From a virus: 64,000 nt of DNA. This document shows positions 50,151-58,828 of this stretch, one piece after another. The notes under the pieces are model-generated. The model searched no databases and was not told the origin of the DNA. It was given only the letters and a program-made list of their open reading frames with translations. Numbering within the stretch: the first letter of the stretch is position 1; every line of letters begins with the position of its first letter. The DNA lies in the IMG/VR virus record IMGVR_UViG_3300021371_000013, positions 6,712 to 70,711 of that record; one strand, written 5' to 3'. The translations under genes and the position numbers were made by a program.

Positions 50151-50179
50151 TTGACAATGTTTCGACTATGTGGTATAGT
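50151..50179 (+). promoter_or_regulatory. sigma70-type promoter, leaderless spacing
   Basis: TTGACA-17-TATAGT with TG extension, 6 nt to ATG. Confidence 0.85.
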
Positions 50180-50185
50180 TGAAGC

Positions 50186-50725
50186 ATGAAAAATCTATTG
50201 TACAGAACCAAATGTTATTTGGTAGGCCACATGCAGTATGTGAGCGGTCGTAATTGGAGAGATCATGTAGCAGAAGAGCTTAAACCATTAAGTATTACAT
50301 GTTTTGATCCATACAAGAAACCTTTTATTAAAGATGTAGAAGAGGACGAAGCAAGTCGTCAAGAAATGGAAACTTGGATGAGTACCAAGCAATACGATCG
50401 AGTAACCGAGCGAATGAAAACTGTGCGTGCATACGATTTAAATTTGGTAGATCGTAGTGATTTTATTATTGCGCATCTTGTTCCTGAAGTGGCAAGCTGG
50501 GGAAGCGCCGAAGAAATCGTCACAGCTGTTCGCGAAAAAAAACCTGTATTCGTTAGTATGGAAGGTGGCAAAGCAAAGACTCCGCTATGGATGCTTGGTA
50601 TGTTTCCTCATAAATACATCTATAATAGTGTTGACGAAATCATACAAATGTTGTTCGCCATTGATGATGGAAACAAGCCTATTGATTCTGACCGTTGGCG
50701 TTTGCTAAGAAAAGAATATAGATGA
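50186..50725 (+). CDS. nucleoside 2-deoxyribosyltransferase-like protein
   Basis: YLVGHM, FDP, DLNLVDRSDFIIA, SWGSAEEI. Confidence 0.75.
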   Translation: MKNLLYRTKCYLVGHMQYVSGRNWRDHVAEELKPLSITCFDPYKKPFIKDVEEDEASRQEMETWMSTKQYDRVTERMKTVRAYDLNLVDRSDFIIAHLVPEVASWGSAEEIVTAVREKKPVFVSMEGGKAKTPLWMLGMFPHKYIYNSVDEIIQMLFAIDDGNKPIDSDRWRLLRKEYR

Positions 50726-50847
50726 TACAAATTCTCGCGTCCTCATATTTTGAATTTTTTGCAGGTGATTTTTTAGCCTTTGGATTATTGGGAGCAATCG
50801 TTTTTACCTTCCAAAAAAAGAAAGATAATGATTTTTATGGAAAATAA
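50722..50847 (+). CDS. 41-aa membrane peptide
   Basis: ATGA-coupled ORF MIQILASSYFEFFAGDFLAFGLLGAIVFTFQKKKDNDFYGK (not in the ORF track). Confidence 0.55.
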   Translation: MIQILASSYFEFFAGDFLAFGLLGAIVFTFQKKKDNDFYGK

Positions 50848-50850
50848 TGC

Positions 50851-50879
50851 TTGACATATTGACGAGTATATAGTATGAT
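50851..50879 (+). promoter_or_regulatory. sigma70-type promoter, leaderless spacing
   Basis: TTGACA-17-TATGAT, 5 nt to ATG. Confidence 0.8.
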
Positions 50880-50884
50880 CATTT

Positions 50885-51388
50885 ATGCTCACTCAAAAAA
50901 TAGTAGAATTAAGTTTTGAACATGAGGAGCAGATACTGAATTTGATAAAAGCGTCTATCTTTAATGGAGATGAACTACATATAGGAGATTTACTACCAAC
51001 AGACAGTAATGTGTCTTCGTTTTACAAGTTAGAAATCTTTCCATTATTATTTGAAGATGAGCCGGTGTTTGGATGTTTTGATCACGAAGCATTGATCGGT
51101 ATAAGCTGCTGTTCAACCAAGATAAATGATTTCTACAAACTCAAACAAAAAACCGCGACAGGAGTTATCACGATAGTGCATCCTGATTATCGTCAACAAG
51201 GAGTAGGAACAGAACTTAGGTTATCTATCGGCAAAGAATTGCACAATCGCGGCATACAAAAATTTGTATTTGACATAAAAAACAACAATCAAGCATCACT
51301 AAACAACGCACAAAAAATCGCCGCGCAACTTGACGCAGAAACACAATTGATAGCATTTAAATTCGAGGGCAATACAAATGTTTTTTGA
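50885..51388 (+). CDS. GNAT acetyltransferase
   Basis: VHPDYRQQGVGT motif A and NNQAS. Confidence 0.85.
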   Translation: MLTQKIVELSFEHEEQILNLIKASIFNGDELHIGDLLPTDSNVSSFYKLEIFPLLFEDEPVFGCFDHEALIGISCCSTKINDFYKLKQKTATGVITIVHPDYRQQGVGTELRLSIGKELHNRGIQKFVFDIKNNNQASLNNAQKIAAQLDAETQLIAFKFEGNTNVF

Positions 51389-52019
51389 CCAAGTATTAGA
51401 ATATTTAATCGACAAACAAGCATACACAAAGCAACAGCGCCGATTATTTGATGCACTAGCAAGCGTGTTTGTTGAATTTCCGATTGACAATGAACCTCCA
51501 AGCTCAGCGGTTGTTGCGCTTGCGGCAAATTGTGGCTCCGATTTACCGCATGCGCTTGCTGCAGGACTAAACTGCATAACCGATCAACATCTTCCAATCA
51601 ATCAAATCGCGGAGTTTATATCAAACAATCATCATAAAAATCCTATCGATGTTGTGCGCGAAAATGATGGTCGAAAAATTCCTGGCTTTGGACATCCATC
51701 CATCAAGCAAGAAGATGCAAGAGTAATTTATCTTATAACCAATTTCGCCGACCTAATAGGTAACCACACAAATTTTTGTTTAAGATTACAAGAACACATG
51801 CCTGTTCCAATGAACATTGGATGCGCGATCGCAGCTCTTTCTCTGGACAATGGAATTGACCCAAGTAATTGTTTATTCCTTCCATTGATGGGTAGAATGT
51901 TTGGATGGCTTAAACTTTACAACAAAACTAAAAACAAATTCAATAAAGTAGTTCCTTCTTTTGAGAGTATAAAAAATGAACATTCGTCAATATCTGATTC
52001 ACCGCAAAGGATCAACTGA
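51378..52019 (+). CDS. citrate synthase / citryl-CoA lyase-like protein
   Basis: PSS...ALAAGL...H, IPGFGHP...DAR, PMNIG, GRMFGW. Confidence 0.75.
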   Translation: MFFDQVLEYLIDKQAYTKQQRRLFDALASVFVEFPIDNEPPSSAVVALAANCGSDLPHALAAGLNCITDQHLPINQIAEFISNNHHKNPIDVVRENDGRKIPGFGHPSIKQEDARVIYLITNFADLIGNHTNFCLRLQEHMPVPMNIGCAIAALSLDNGIDPSNCLFLPLMGRMFGWLKLYNKTKNKFNKVVPSFESIKNEHSSISDSPQRIN

Positions 52020-52746
52020 TCTTTCGCGATTTGCTGACTTTTCGCGGCAATTAAAAACAAAATATAAAACACTCGATGGATATGCATTTGATTTTGATGA
52101 AGAAGATATATTATCAATCAAGTTTTATTATAAAATATATACAAAAAAAGATATCTATGATTCTAATTTTGCTCGTTGGTTTTTTAATAATGACATGTTT
52201 TACTATGCATTCGCGGGATACTTCAATAAAGATGAATTAACATTGAATAGCAAATCTCTTGCAGGTTTAAACTTTTCAATTAAATATAACATACAAACAA
52301 AAGAAATTGTTCGCTCGGTCTACTTTAAATGCGCAAATCAATCATCATTAGTTATACATTGTAATGGAGTAAACGTATGGACAAACAAATATTACTATCT
52401 ATACAATCATTTTTTAATTAAATGCATAAATAAATTACTTAAATTAAATATGCCTAATCACAAAGAAGCAATAGAATTATCTTTTCGCGACAAAAATATT
52501 CACACAGCAATTTATCCTCGATTCAACAGAGAGTCTCTAAATTTGCAAGATTCAAAATTGTATTGCCAAAAATTGATGCCCAAATTATTACAGCCAGAAG
52601 CCCCGCTTGGACAGAATTTTGCGCTAGGAATACATTGCTACGACAAGAATTCTCATTTCGTAACCAAGGGGTACACAAGTAACAATGCAATGCAAAAGAT
52701 TTATTTTGGATGCTTTGATTGGGAAAAATCTATTTTTGAAAATTAA
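51976..52746 (+). CDS. hypothetical protein, possible ABBA prenyltransferase fold
   Basis: Repeated beta-hairpins ending in K/R-x-Y (SIKFYY, RSVYF, QKIYF). Confidence 0.35.
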   Translation: MNIRQYLIHRKGSTDLSRFADFSRQLKTKYKTLDGYAFDFDEEDILSIKFYYKIYTKKDIYDSNFARWFFNNDMFYYAFAGYFNKDELTLNSKSLAGLNFSIKYNIQTKEIVRSVYFKCANQSSLVIHCNGVNVWTNKYYYLYNHFLIKCINKLLKLNMPNHKEAIELSFRDKNIHTAIYPRFNRESLNLQDSKLYCQKLMPKLLQPEAPLGQNFALGIHCYDKNSHFVTKGYTSNNAMQKIYFGCFDWEKSIFEN

Positions 52747-52749
52747 TTC

Positions 52750-52778
52750 TTGACATTCTTTTAAATTTATAATATAAT
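52750..52778 (+). promoter_or_regulatory. consensus sigma70 promoter, leaderless spacing
   Basis: TTGACA-17-TATAAT, 7 nt to ATG at 52786. Confidence 0.9.
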
Positions 52779-52785
52779 CAATCCC

Positions 52786-52959
52786 ATGAACAGTAAATCA
52801 GCAAAACAAATTCGAAGCATATTAAATTATGATCCGAAACTAGCAGATGAAACTAGCAAGCGAGTATACTCTCGCGCAAAAAAACAATACAACAAACTTA
52901 GCAAAGGTGCAAAACCTTTATTTATACAAGAACTACAAAATTTATATAACAATAAATAA
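52786..52959 (+). CDS. 57-aa basic hypothetical protein
   Basis: MNSKSAKQIRSILNYDPK...; starts right after the promoter (not in the ORF track). Confidence 0.7.
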   Translation: MNSKSAKQIRSILNYDPKLADETSKRVYSRAKKQYNKLSKGAKPLFIQELQNLYNNK

Positions 52960-52961
52960 TT

Positions 52962-53312
52962 ATGGAAAATACAGAAAAACAAACAGAAAAGCAGTCGGAT
53001 TGGAAAAACAGAGAACTTGGCGCCCTTTGGGTACGAAGTGGTAAAAATCAAAAATACCTATCAGGAACTATTAACGTCGAAACAATGCCTGGGGTAACAG
53101 AACCTGTTAAAGTTGTGGTCTTTACAAACAAGGGTAGAGAAAAGAATGAAAAAGCTCCAGATTATGTGATCTACAGATCAGAAGATCAAGTGCAAGCAAA
53201 GACTAATGTTGAACAAGTTGCAGCGCAAGCAGCTGAAGAAGTTTCTTCCTCCTCGGCAGAGCAAAAAGCTAGTGCCGCAGCTAACGAAGATATTCCTGAA
53301 GAGTTGTTCTAA
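52962..53312 (+). CDS. DUF736-like putative ssDNA-binding protein
   Basis: ELGALW...YLSGTI...NEKAPDY; acidic tail EDIPEELF. Confidence 0.6.
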   Translation: MENTEKQTEKQSDWKNRELGALWVRSGKNQKYLSGTINVETMPGVTEPVKVVVFTNKGREKNEKAPDYVIYRSEDQVQAKTNVEQVAAQAAEEVSSSSAEQKASAAANEDIPEELF

Positions 53313-53330
53313 CTTTTAAAATAAAACATT

Positions 53331-53516
53331 ATGGAAAAAGCATTTTGGCATAGTAAGAAGTTCTGGGCAGCAGCAGTTGCAACTGGTGTACCTATTATTA
53401 ATCACGTTTGGGGCTTGGGGTTAACTCAAGATGCAATCATGCAGATTGTAACTCCTATTGTCGCTTATGTTCTCGGTCAAGGTCTTGCTGATCTTGGAAA
53501 GAATAGCGGCAAGTAA
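53331..53516 (+). CDS. holin-like small membrane protein
   Basis: SKKFWAA, two hydrophobic helices, AYVLGQGLAD. Confidence 0.6.
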   Translation: MEKAFWHSKKFWAAAVATGVPIINHVWGLGLTQDAIMQIVTPIVAYVLGQGLADLGKNSGK

Positions 53517-53534
53517 TTGTTCTTTTGCATTTTA

Positions 53535-53902
53535 GGGCGCGTACTGGATTTGATTTAAATTGAATTCGTATACAGCAAGTCGAAGAGGTGCCAGGCTTCG
53601 TTAAAAGGCACAAACTTGTACATGGCAAGAATAAAAATCGTGTCCAAGCTTTCAGCTCAGTAGCTGAGAAATTGGCCTTAGCAGCCTAGTTCTGCTACCC
53701 CTCCCTATCAGACGCAGATACGGTAGGAGAGGGGTCAACCATCTGCAAAACAGAAAAAAGTTTATTTGTATCACAAACTGTAAATAATTGAAACAATTAG
53801 TTGGATGTTTATATCGTAACTATAAAAAAAATAAACTAAACTTGTAGATGTATATTTTTGAAGATTTAAAGACGCGAGAATCGAAGCTCGCCGCGTCCAC
53901 CA
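53535..53902 (+). ncRNA. ssrA: tmRNA
   Basis: Acceptor stem GGGCGCG/CGCGTCC with G3.U70 and ACCA end; PK1 (CGAAG/CTTCG, GTGCC/GGCAC); tag frame 53624-53689 GKNKNRVQAFSSVAEKLALAA*. Confidence 0.93.
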
Positions 53903-53929
53903 TTTTTTCCTGCACTTCCACCAAAAATT

Positions 53930-53943
53930 GTGTAATATATTAC
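53930..53943 (+). promoter_or_regulatory. GTGTA-N9-ATG late-type promoter
   Basis: GTGTA atatattac ATG. Confidence 0.65.
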
Positions 53944-54522
53944 ATGGAAGAAAAAAAAATCAACGGACGAAAACATGTAAAACTTAAATGCTCGTACTCT
54001 GGAGAGTACTTCTGGAAAGATAAGGGAGAATACTCTAGAAGGATTAAGCTTAATCCAAATCATAAGTTTTATAAAAGCATAAAAGATGCTGCGTTGGGAG
54101 CGGGAGAAAAAAATTATGCACACCTCAAGCCATATATGGGGGTCGTCAGCGAAAATTTCAGAAAGGCCTCAAGCAATCGAAAAGATCAGTTTTCCGCTTT
54201 TAAATACTTTATTAAGCAAGCAAAACTTAGAGCTAAAAACAAAGATAAATTTAAAACTTACGACATAACATTAGAATACTTAAAATCTTTATGGGAAAGT
54301 CAAAACGGAATATGTGCAATTTCAGGAGTCAAAATGGAACTTCCTGCAACGCTTGCGGAAAACAGAAGCTCTCCATTTTGCGCGTCACTCGATAGAATCG
54401 ATTCCAGCATTGGATACATGCAAGGAAACGTGCAGTTTGTCACGCAGTTTTGCAATCTGGGCAAGTGTAGCTTTGATACTGATATCGTTTTAAATTTTAT
54501 ACAAGCAGTTAAATCTTGCTGA
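53944..54522 (+). CDS. HNH-like (His-Me finger) endonuclease, putative free-standing homing endonuclease
   Basis: QNGICAISG...SLDRIDSSIGYMQGNVQFVTQFCNLGK; start reassigned to 53944. Confidence 0.75.
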   Translation: MEEKKINGRKHVKLKCSYSGEYFWKDKGEYSRRIKLNPNHKFYKSIKDAALGAGEKNYAHLKPYMGVVSENFRKASSNRKDQFSAFKYFIKQAKLRAKNKDKFKTYDITLEYLKSLWESQNGICAISGVKMELPATLAENRSSPFCASLDRIDSSIGYMQGNVQFVTQFCNLGKCSFDTDIVLNFIQAVKSC

Positions 54523-54944
54523 TGCTTCTACTTCCCACAGAAAAATATATATTTGACGAAAGTTCACGGCTTAATTTTTACGACAAGCTAGAAACCTTTC
54601 AAGAATACTTTGTTGATAAAATGTTGATGATGGGTGTGTCCGCAAATGGATCAGATGTAAAACAAATAAACTTCGAAAAAAACACAGATCATGGAGATTT
54701 ATTTTATTCAATATTAATTGAAGCTATTTCCACAACTCAGCCATTCTTAACAGCAGATCTTGTAAGCGATAAGCGTCGCGAAATGCAGTGTTGTTTTTAT
54801 GACTTTGGAAAATCAGAAAGTGTAAGGTACATATATATGTTACAAAACGCAATGGACTGGACGAGTAAAGATGATTTTTGCTGTCAATTACATAGCCTAA
54901 TAGAACCAACACAACAAGCAATAGAAAATTTCTGGCAAGCATGA
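54522..54944 (+). CDS. hypothetical protein
   Basis: TGATG-coupled ORF. Confidence 0.65.
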   Translation: MLLLPTEKYIFDESSRLNFYDKLETFQEYFVDKMLMMGVSANGSDVKQINFEKNTDHGDLFYSILIEAISTTQPFLTADLVSDKRREMQCCFYDFGKSESVRYIYMLQNAMDWTSKDDFCCQLHSLIEPTQQAIENFWQA

Positions 54945-55231
54945 AAATAATAGACAAATTAAAATCACTCAATCCGTTTAAGAAAAAAAATAAAGACAAA
55001 ACAATACAACAATTTGTTCTTGAAAAAATAGCCGCGAAAAAGAAGCGTTTAAAAGATCACCCCGAAAACCTCACTAAGGAAGAGTGGAAAGTTATTTTAG
55101 ACGAGATTGCATTTGGTTTCAAAGTAAAAGAAACGAACACAATTTTAAAATCTCCAACCCGAAAACGTCAACGCGAACAAAAAGTTGAGCGCGCATTTAA
55201 ATTATTTGAAGTGTATATAAAACACTTATGA
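54941..55231 (+). CDS. hypothetical protein
   Basis: ATGA-coupled; EEWKVILDEIAFGF. Confidence 0.65.
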   Translation: MKIIDKLKSLNPFKKKNKDKTIQQFVLEKIAAKKKRLKDHPENLTKEEWKVILDEIAFGFKVKETNTILKSPTRKRQREQKVERAFKLFEVYIKHL

Positions 55232-55446
55232 ATAAAAAAAATGATGACGACGAATTGTTTATCTCAGGCCCAAAAGATTACGACGAACAGACAGATTCGT
55301 TTCGAATGGATTTAGAGAATTTGATTTATCGCTATATTGACGAATACGACATCAATACGATTACAATCATTGGAGCATTGCAAGAAAAAGTGGTAGAGCT
55401 TGCAAGCGAAGGTAATGTAGAATTTGATTCTGATATAGATTCTTAG
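55228..55446 (+). CDS. acidic hypothetical protein
   Basis: ATGA-coupled ORF. Confidence 0.65.
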   Translation: MNKKNDDDELFISGPKDYDEQTDSFRMDLENLIYRYIDEYDINTITIIGALQEKVVELASEGNVEFDSDIDS

Positions 55447-55454
55447 TTTTTTTC

Positions 55455-55483
55455 TTGACTAAACCTATAGATTATGAGATAAT
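55455..55483 (+). promoter_or_regulatory. sigma70-type promoter
   Basis: TTGACT-17-GATAAT with TG extension; shares ATTATGAGATAAT with the 60752 promoter. Confidence 0.7.
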
Positions 55484-55491
55484 AGTCTCAT

Positions 55492-55761
55492 ATGAAGAAA
55501 ATCGCATTAAACAAAGATGGTACTCCCCGCAAACGCCGCAATAGTGGCAAAGGCGGTTCCTCTATTGTGACCTTGTCTATTCAAGAGATCCTTGACCTTG
55601 CTGCACAAGAAGTAACCTCTATTCCCGTCAGTGAAGATTGGGTTAAAGGTAGGCTTTACGCAAACTACTTAAGTGGCAAGTCAACTTCTCAAGATTTTTC
55701 TGAGCAACAATCAGTAGAAGATAAAATCGAATACGCGGTCACCGACTTTGACAATGAATAA
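55492..55761 (+). CDS. hypothetical protein
   Basis: ORF after promoter, basic N-terminus. Confidence 0.65.
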   Translation: MKKIALNKDGTPRKRRNSGKGGSSIVTLSIQEILDLAAQEVTSIPVSEDWVKGRLYANYLSGKSTSQDFSEQQSVEDKIEYAVTDFDNE

Positions 55762-56680
55762 TTATTTTTCACACTTAATTGGGCAAGACAACGTAAAGAA
55801 AAAGCTCAATTTTTACCTTAAAGCATATCAGGCAACAAGCGTTTGCCCATTCTTAAACTTGGTTGGGGCCAAAGGTCTTGGTAAAACTTTATTCGCAAAA
55901 GAGTTCGCGAAAAACCTCAAGAATAAAGATGGAAGCAAGCGCCCATTCCTAGAGTTGAACTGTTCAACAATCAAGAATAACGCTCAGTTTTTTGAGCAAA
56001 TCTTCATTCCATTGATTATGAACAACGAGATAACTATTCTTTTTGATGAAGCTCATGCTTTACCTAAAGATTTAACAATGGCGTTTCTTACTATCTTCAA
56101 TACCGAAAAAACAAACACAAAAGAATTTGTATACGACGACCAAACATTCACATTTGATTTCTCCAAGCAAACATTTATATTTGCAACTACAGAGAGCGAT
56201 AAACTATTTCCTCCATTAAAAGATCGTCTTAGCACAGTTGATTTTGAACAATACTCGAAAGACAATCTTTCTGATATAATCAAATTAAATTGTGATGGCA
56301 TAAACTTTAGCGATGAAGCATTGGATGCGCTATCTCTGACCGTTCGTGGTAACGCTCGAAACGCGGTCATGCGTTCCAAGGAAATTTCATTGTACTGTGA
56401 AAGTGAGAATCAAAATACATTCAAAATGTCAGATTATAATGAATTAACTGACCTGCTTGGTATTTTGCCTCACGGTATTACATGCACAGAGAAACAAATT
56501 CTAGAGATTCTCGCCGACAGAGGTAGTTGTAAATTACAAACGCTCTCTGCGGTCACAGGTTTAAGTCCAACAAGTTTAAGGCGTGACCACGAAATCTATC
56601 TTTTAAGAAAAAACTTTATACAAATCGACGGCGAAAGAAAAATTACTAATTTTGGTAAAAAACTCGTACAATCAATATAA
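55748..56680 (+). CDS. ruvB: RuvB-like Holliday junction branch migration ATPase
   Basis: IGQDNVK, GAKGLGKT, FDEAH, FATT, PLKDRL, RGNARNA, C-terminal wHTH (EIYLLRKNFI). Confidence 0.85.
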   Translation: MTMNNYFSHLIGQDNVKKKLNFYLKAYQATSVCPFLNLVGAKGLGKTLFAKEFAKNLKNKDGSKRPFLELNCSTIKNNAQFFEQIFIPLIMNNEITILFDEAHALPKDLTMAFLTIFNTEKTNTKEFVYDDQTFTFDFSKQTFIFATTESDKLFPPLKDRLSTVDFEQYSKDNLSDIIKLNCDGINFSDEALDALSLTVRGNARNAVMRSKEISLYCESENQNTFKMSDYNELTDLLGILPHGITCTEKQILEILADRGSCKLQTLSAVTGLSPTSLRRDHEIYLLRKNFIQIDGERKITNFGKKLVQSI

Positions 56681-56686
56681 TAAAAC

Positions 56687-56881
56687 ATGACGGAATCAAA
56701 ACAAAAAACAGTATATGTAGTGACTCGCAATTCGCGAAGGATTGAAGATAGAAATTATGCATCCAAAGAAGATGCTCAAGTTCGCTCTGAAAAGCTTGTT
56801 GAAACACTAAAAAAGTGGAAAGATCCTGATCAGAGAAAAGTTAAGGTTGTAGAAACATCCTCTCCATCCAAGATACGATAG
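56687..56881 (+). CDS. hypothetical protein
   Basis: Short ORF within the operon. Confidence 0.6.
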   Translation: MTESKQKTVYVVTRNSRRIEDRNYASKEDAQVRSEKLVETLKKWKDPDQRKVKVVETSSPSKIR

Positions 56882-57381
56882 TGGAAGATTTACCGAGTCA
56901 AGAACAGAAGATTTCTTTTGAAGATCTTGCCGAATCTCGAGGTTATTCCCCCAAGCGTACTCGCAGGCATGACTTTAACAATGTAACGCATCTGCTTAAA
57001 GCTAAAGGTAAGAATGGAAAACCTCTAGAAATTCGTTTTGATGTTAAGAAAATCAAAAACAAGAAACAAAGCCAAGAATGGTTATGGATTGAGTTTAAAA
57101 ATGCAAAGGGTGAAGACGGATGGATTCATGGTGACGCACATTTTGTAGCTTTTGAAAGAAACTACGACTTTGTTGTTGTGAATCGCAAAGAAATGGTGAA
57201 GATGTTGAACGGCGGAAAGATACGATACGATCTACCATTTGTTGATCTTGCCAAGAAAGCAAAGTATAGAATTTACAAAAGAAGCGGCAAGCCTGAAGAG
57301 ATTACGCAAATCAATGTTAAAGATTTGAAAACTCTTGAGAGTTATCAAGTTTGGAAAAAGCAAGATGCCGCATCAGAATGA
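56881..57381 (+). CDS. PD-(D/E)xK nuclease-like protein
   Basis: FE...FDVK...WIEFKNAKGEDGW. Confidence 0.6.
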   Translation: MEDLPSQEQKISFEDLAESRGYSPKRTRRHDFNNVTHLLKAKGKNGKPLEIRFDVKKIKNKKQSQEWLWIEFKNAKGEDGWIHGDAHFVAFERNYDFVVVNRKEMVKMLNGGKIRYDLPFVDLAKKAKYRIYKRSGKPEEITQINVKDLKTLESYQVWKKQDAASE

Positions 57382-57817
57382 ATTAGATAAAACATACATT
57401 CAAATGGCCACCTCTTGGTCGCGTCTCTCAAAGGCTCGGCGCAAGCAGGTTGGCTGTTTGATTGTTCGTGATGGAACCATCATTAGCGATGGCTACAACG
57501 GCACTCCAAGGGGTTTTAGTAACAATTGTGAGGTAGAAGAGGAAGTACCAAGTATGCTTGCCTCACGGGGCTATATACTAACCACAAAGCCTGAAGTATT
57601 ACATGCTGAAAGCAATGCTATAACAAAACTTGCAAAAAGCACTCAATCAAGCGCGGGAGCAACAATATACACAACTGCATCCCCCTGCCTTGACTGCGCA
57701 AAATTAATTATACAATCTGATATACATCGCCTTGTATACAATGAATTATATAAAGACGAACAGGGTATAAATTTATTAAAAAAAGCTGGAGTAATTGTGG
57801 AACAGTGCGAATTATAA
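57365..57817 (+). CDS. dCMP deaminase
   Basis: VGCLIV, GYNGTP, HAESNAI, PCLDCAK. Confidence 0.92.
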   Translation: MPHQNELDKTYIQMATSWSRLSKARRKQVGCLIVRDGTIISDGYNGTPRGFSNNCEVEEEVPSMLASRGYILTTKPEVLHAESNAITKLAKSTQSSAGATIYTTASPCLDCAKLIIQSDIHRLVYNELYKDEQGINLLKKAGVIVEQCEL

Positions 57818-57830
57818 CTTATAATCATGC

Positions 57831-58412
57831 ATGTTTGAAGGACTATGTATTTTAATTATTGTTGGTTTGGTTTGGTATATATATCAACCCAAGCAAGATG
57901 AAAATGTTGTTGATGAATTGAGAAACGAGAATGAATTTTTGCGCACACGATTGAATGCTCACGATGTAGAGTATCAAACTCGCGAAGAAAACTTCACACA
58001 AACAATAAAAAATTTACAAAGCGCCCTTGACAAACAACAAAACAATGTTCAATCTAGTAGTCAAGATTACAAACAAAAAGAAAAACAATTAGAATCAAAG
58101 ATAATTGATCTAGAAAAAAAATTAGATGATGAAACAATTGCGCGCAAAAAAGTATTATCGCAAAAGAAAAGCGGTGAGGTTAGGCTTGGACACATCGCCG
58201 AAACACTTGCTCCATTTTTAGATCAATTTGAATTTGAACCTGAACGCTGTTCATTTTTAGGACAGCCAATCGATTACATTTCATTTGGCGATGATGAAAT
58301 TACATTCATCGAAGTCAAGAGTGGCAATAGTCAACTCAGTCAAAAGCAAAGACACATCAGAGATTTAGTAAAACAAAAATTAGTATCATGGAAAGAAATC
58401 AGAATACAGTAA
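57831..58412 (+). CDS. membrane-anchored Holliday junction resolvase-like endonuclease
   Basis: N-terminal TM and coiled coil; GHIAETLAPF, FLGQPIDYI, FIEVKSG. Confidence 0.75.
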   Translation: MFEGLCILIIVGLVWYIYQPKQDENVVDELRNENEFLRTRLNAHDVEYQTREENFTQTIKNLQSALDKQQNNVQSSSQDYKQKEKQLESKIIDLEKKLDDETIARKKVLSQKKSGEVRLGHIAETLAPFLDQFEFEPERCSFLGQPIDYISFGDDEITFIEVKSGNSQLSQKQRHIRDLVKQKLVSWKEIRIQ

Positions 58413-58828
58413 ACTTGAAATTCAAAAAAATTTTTTCAGCGGCAAAGGTTCCAGCCTACACAAAAAGAGGTGATGCGGGAATGGATTTGGTCGCAATTTC
58501 TTTAAAAAAATCGGGAGGTTTCTACGAATATGGAACAGGCTTGGCAATGGAGGTGCCTGAAGGTTATGTAGGGCTTATATTTCCACGCTCTAGCATATCC
58601 AAGACAGATCACTATTTAAGAAACTCTGTTGGAGTGATAGATAGTGGTTATCGCGGCGAAATCAAAATTCGCATGAGCACTCCTCTTCTTGGAGGTGTAG
58701 AATATAAAGAGGGCGATCGTATCGCTCAACTTATTATTATGAAACTGCCATGGGTTAACATTGAAGAAGTTGAAGAATTATCCGACACAGATCGCGGAGA
58801 CGGCGGTTTTGGCAGTACGGGCACATGA
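58388..58828 (+). CDS. dut: trimeric dUTPase
   Basis: AGMDL, PRSSI, GVIDSGYRGEI, RIAQL, RGDGGFGSTG. Confidence 0.97.
   Translation: MERNQNTVNLKFKKIFSAAKVPAYTKRGDAGMDLVAISLKKSGGFYEYGTGLAMEVPEGYVGLIFPRSSISKTDHYLRNSVGVIDSGYRGEIKIRMSTPLLGGVEYKEGDRIAQLIIMKLPWVNIEEVEELSDTDRGDGGFGSTGT

Noticed and set aside
52847-53044. 65-aa ORF from the track
   Set aside because: Overlaps two better ORFs (52786-52959, which follows a consensus promoter, and 52962-53312)
53622-53663. ATG-initiated mini-ORF MARIKIVSKLSAQ inside the tmRNA
   Set aside because: The other frame gives a typical tag ending LALAA placed correctly after PK1
53848-53943. N-terminal extension of the HNH ORF given in the ORF track
   Set aside because: Overlaps the tmRNA 3' end; ATG 53944 fits the GTGTA-N9 rule
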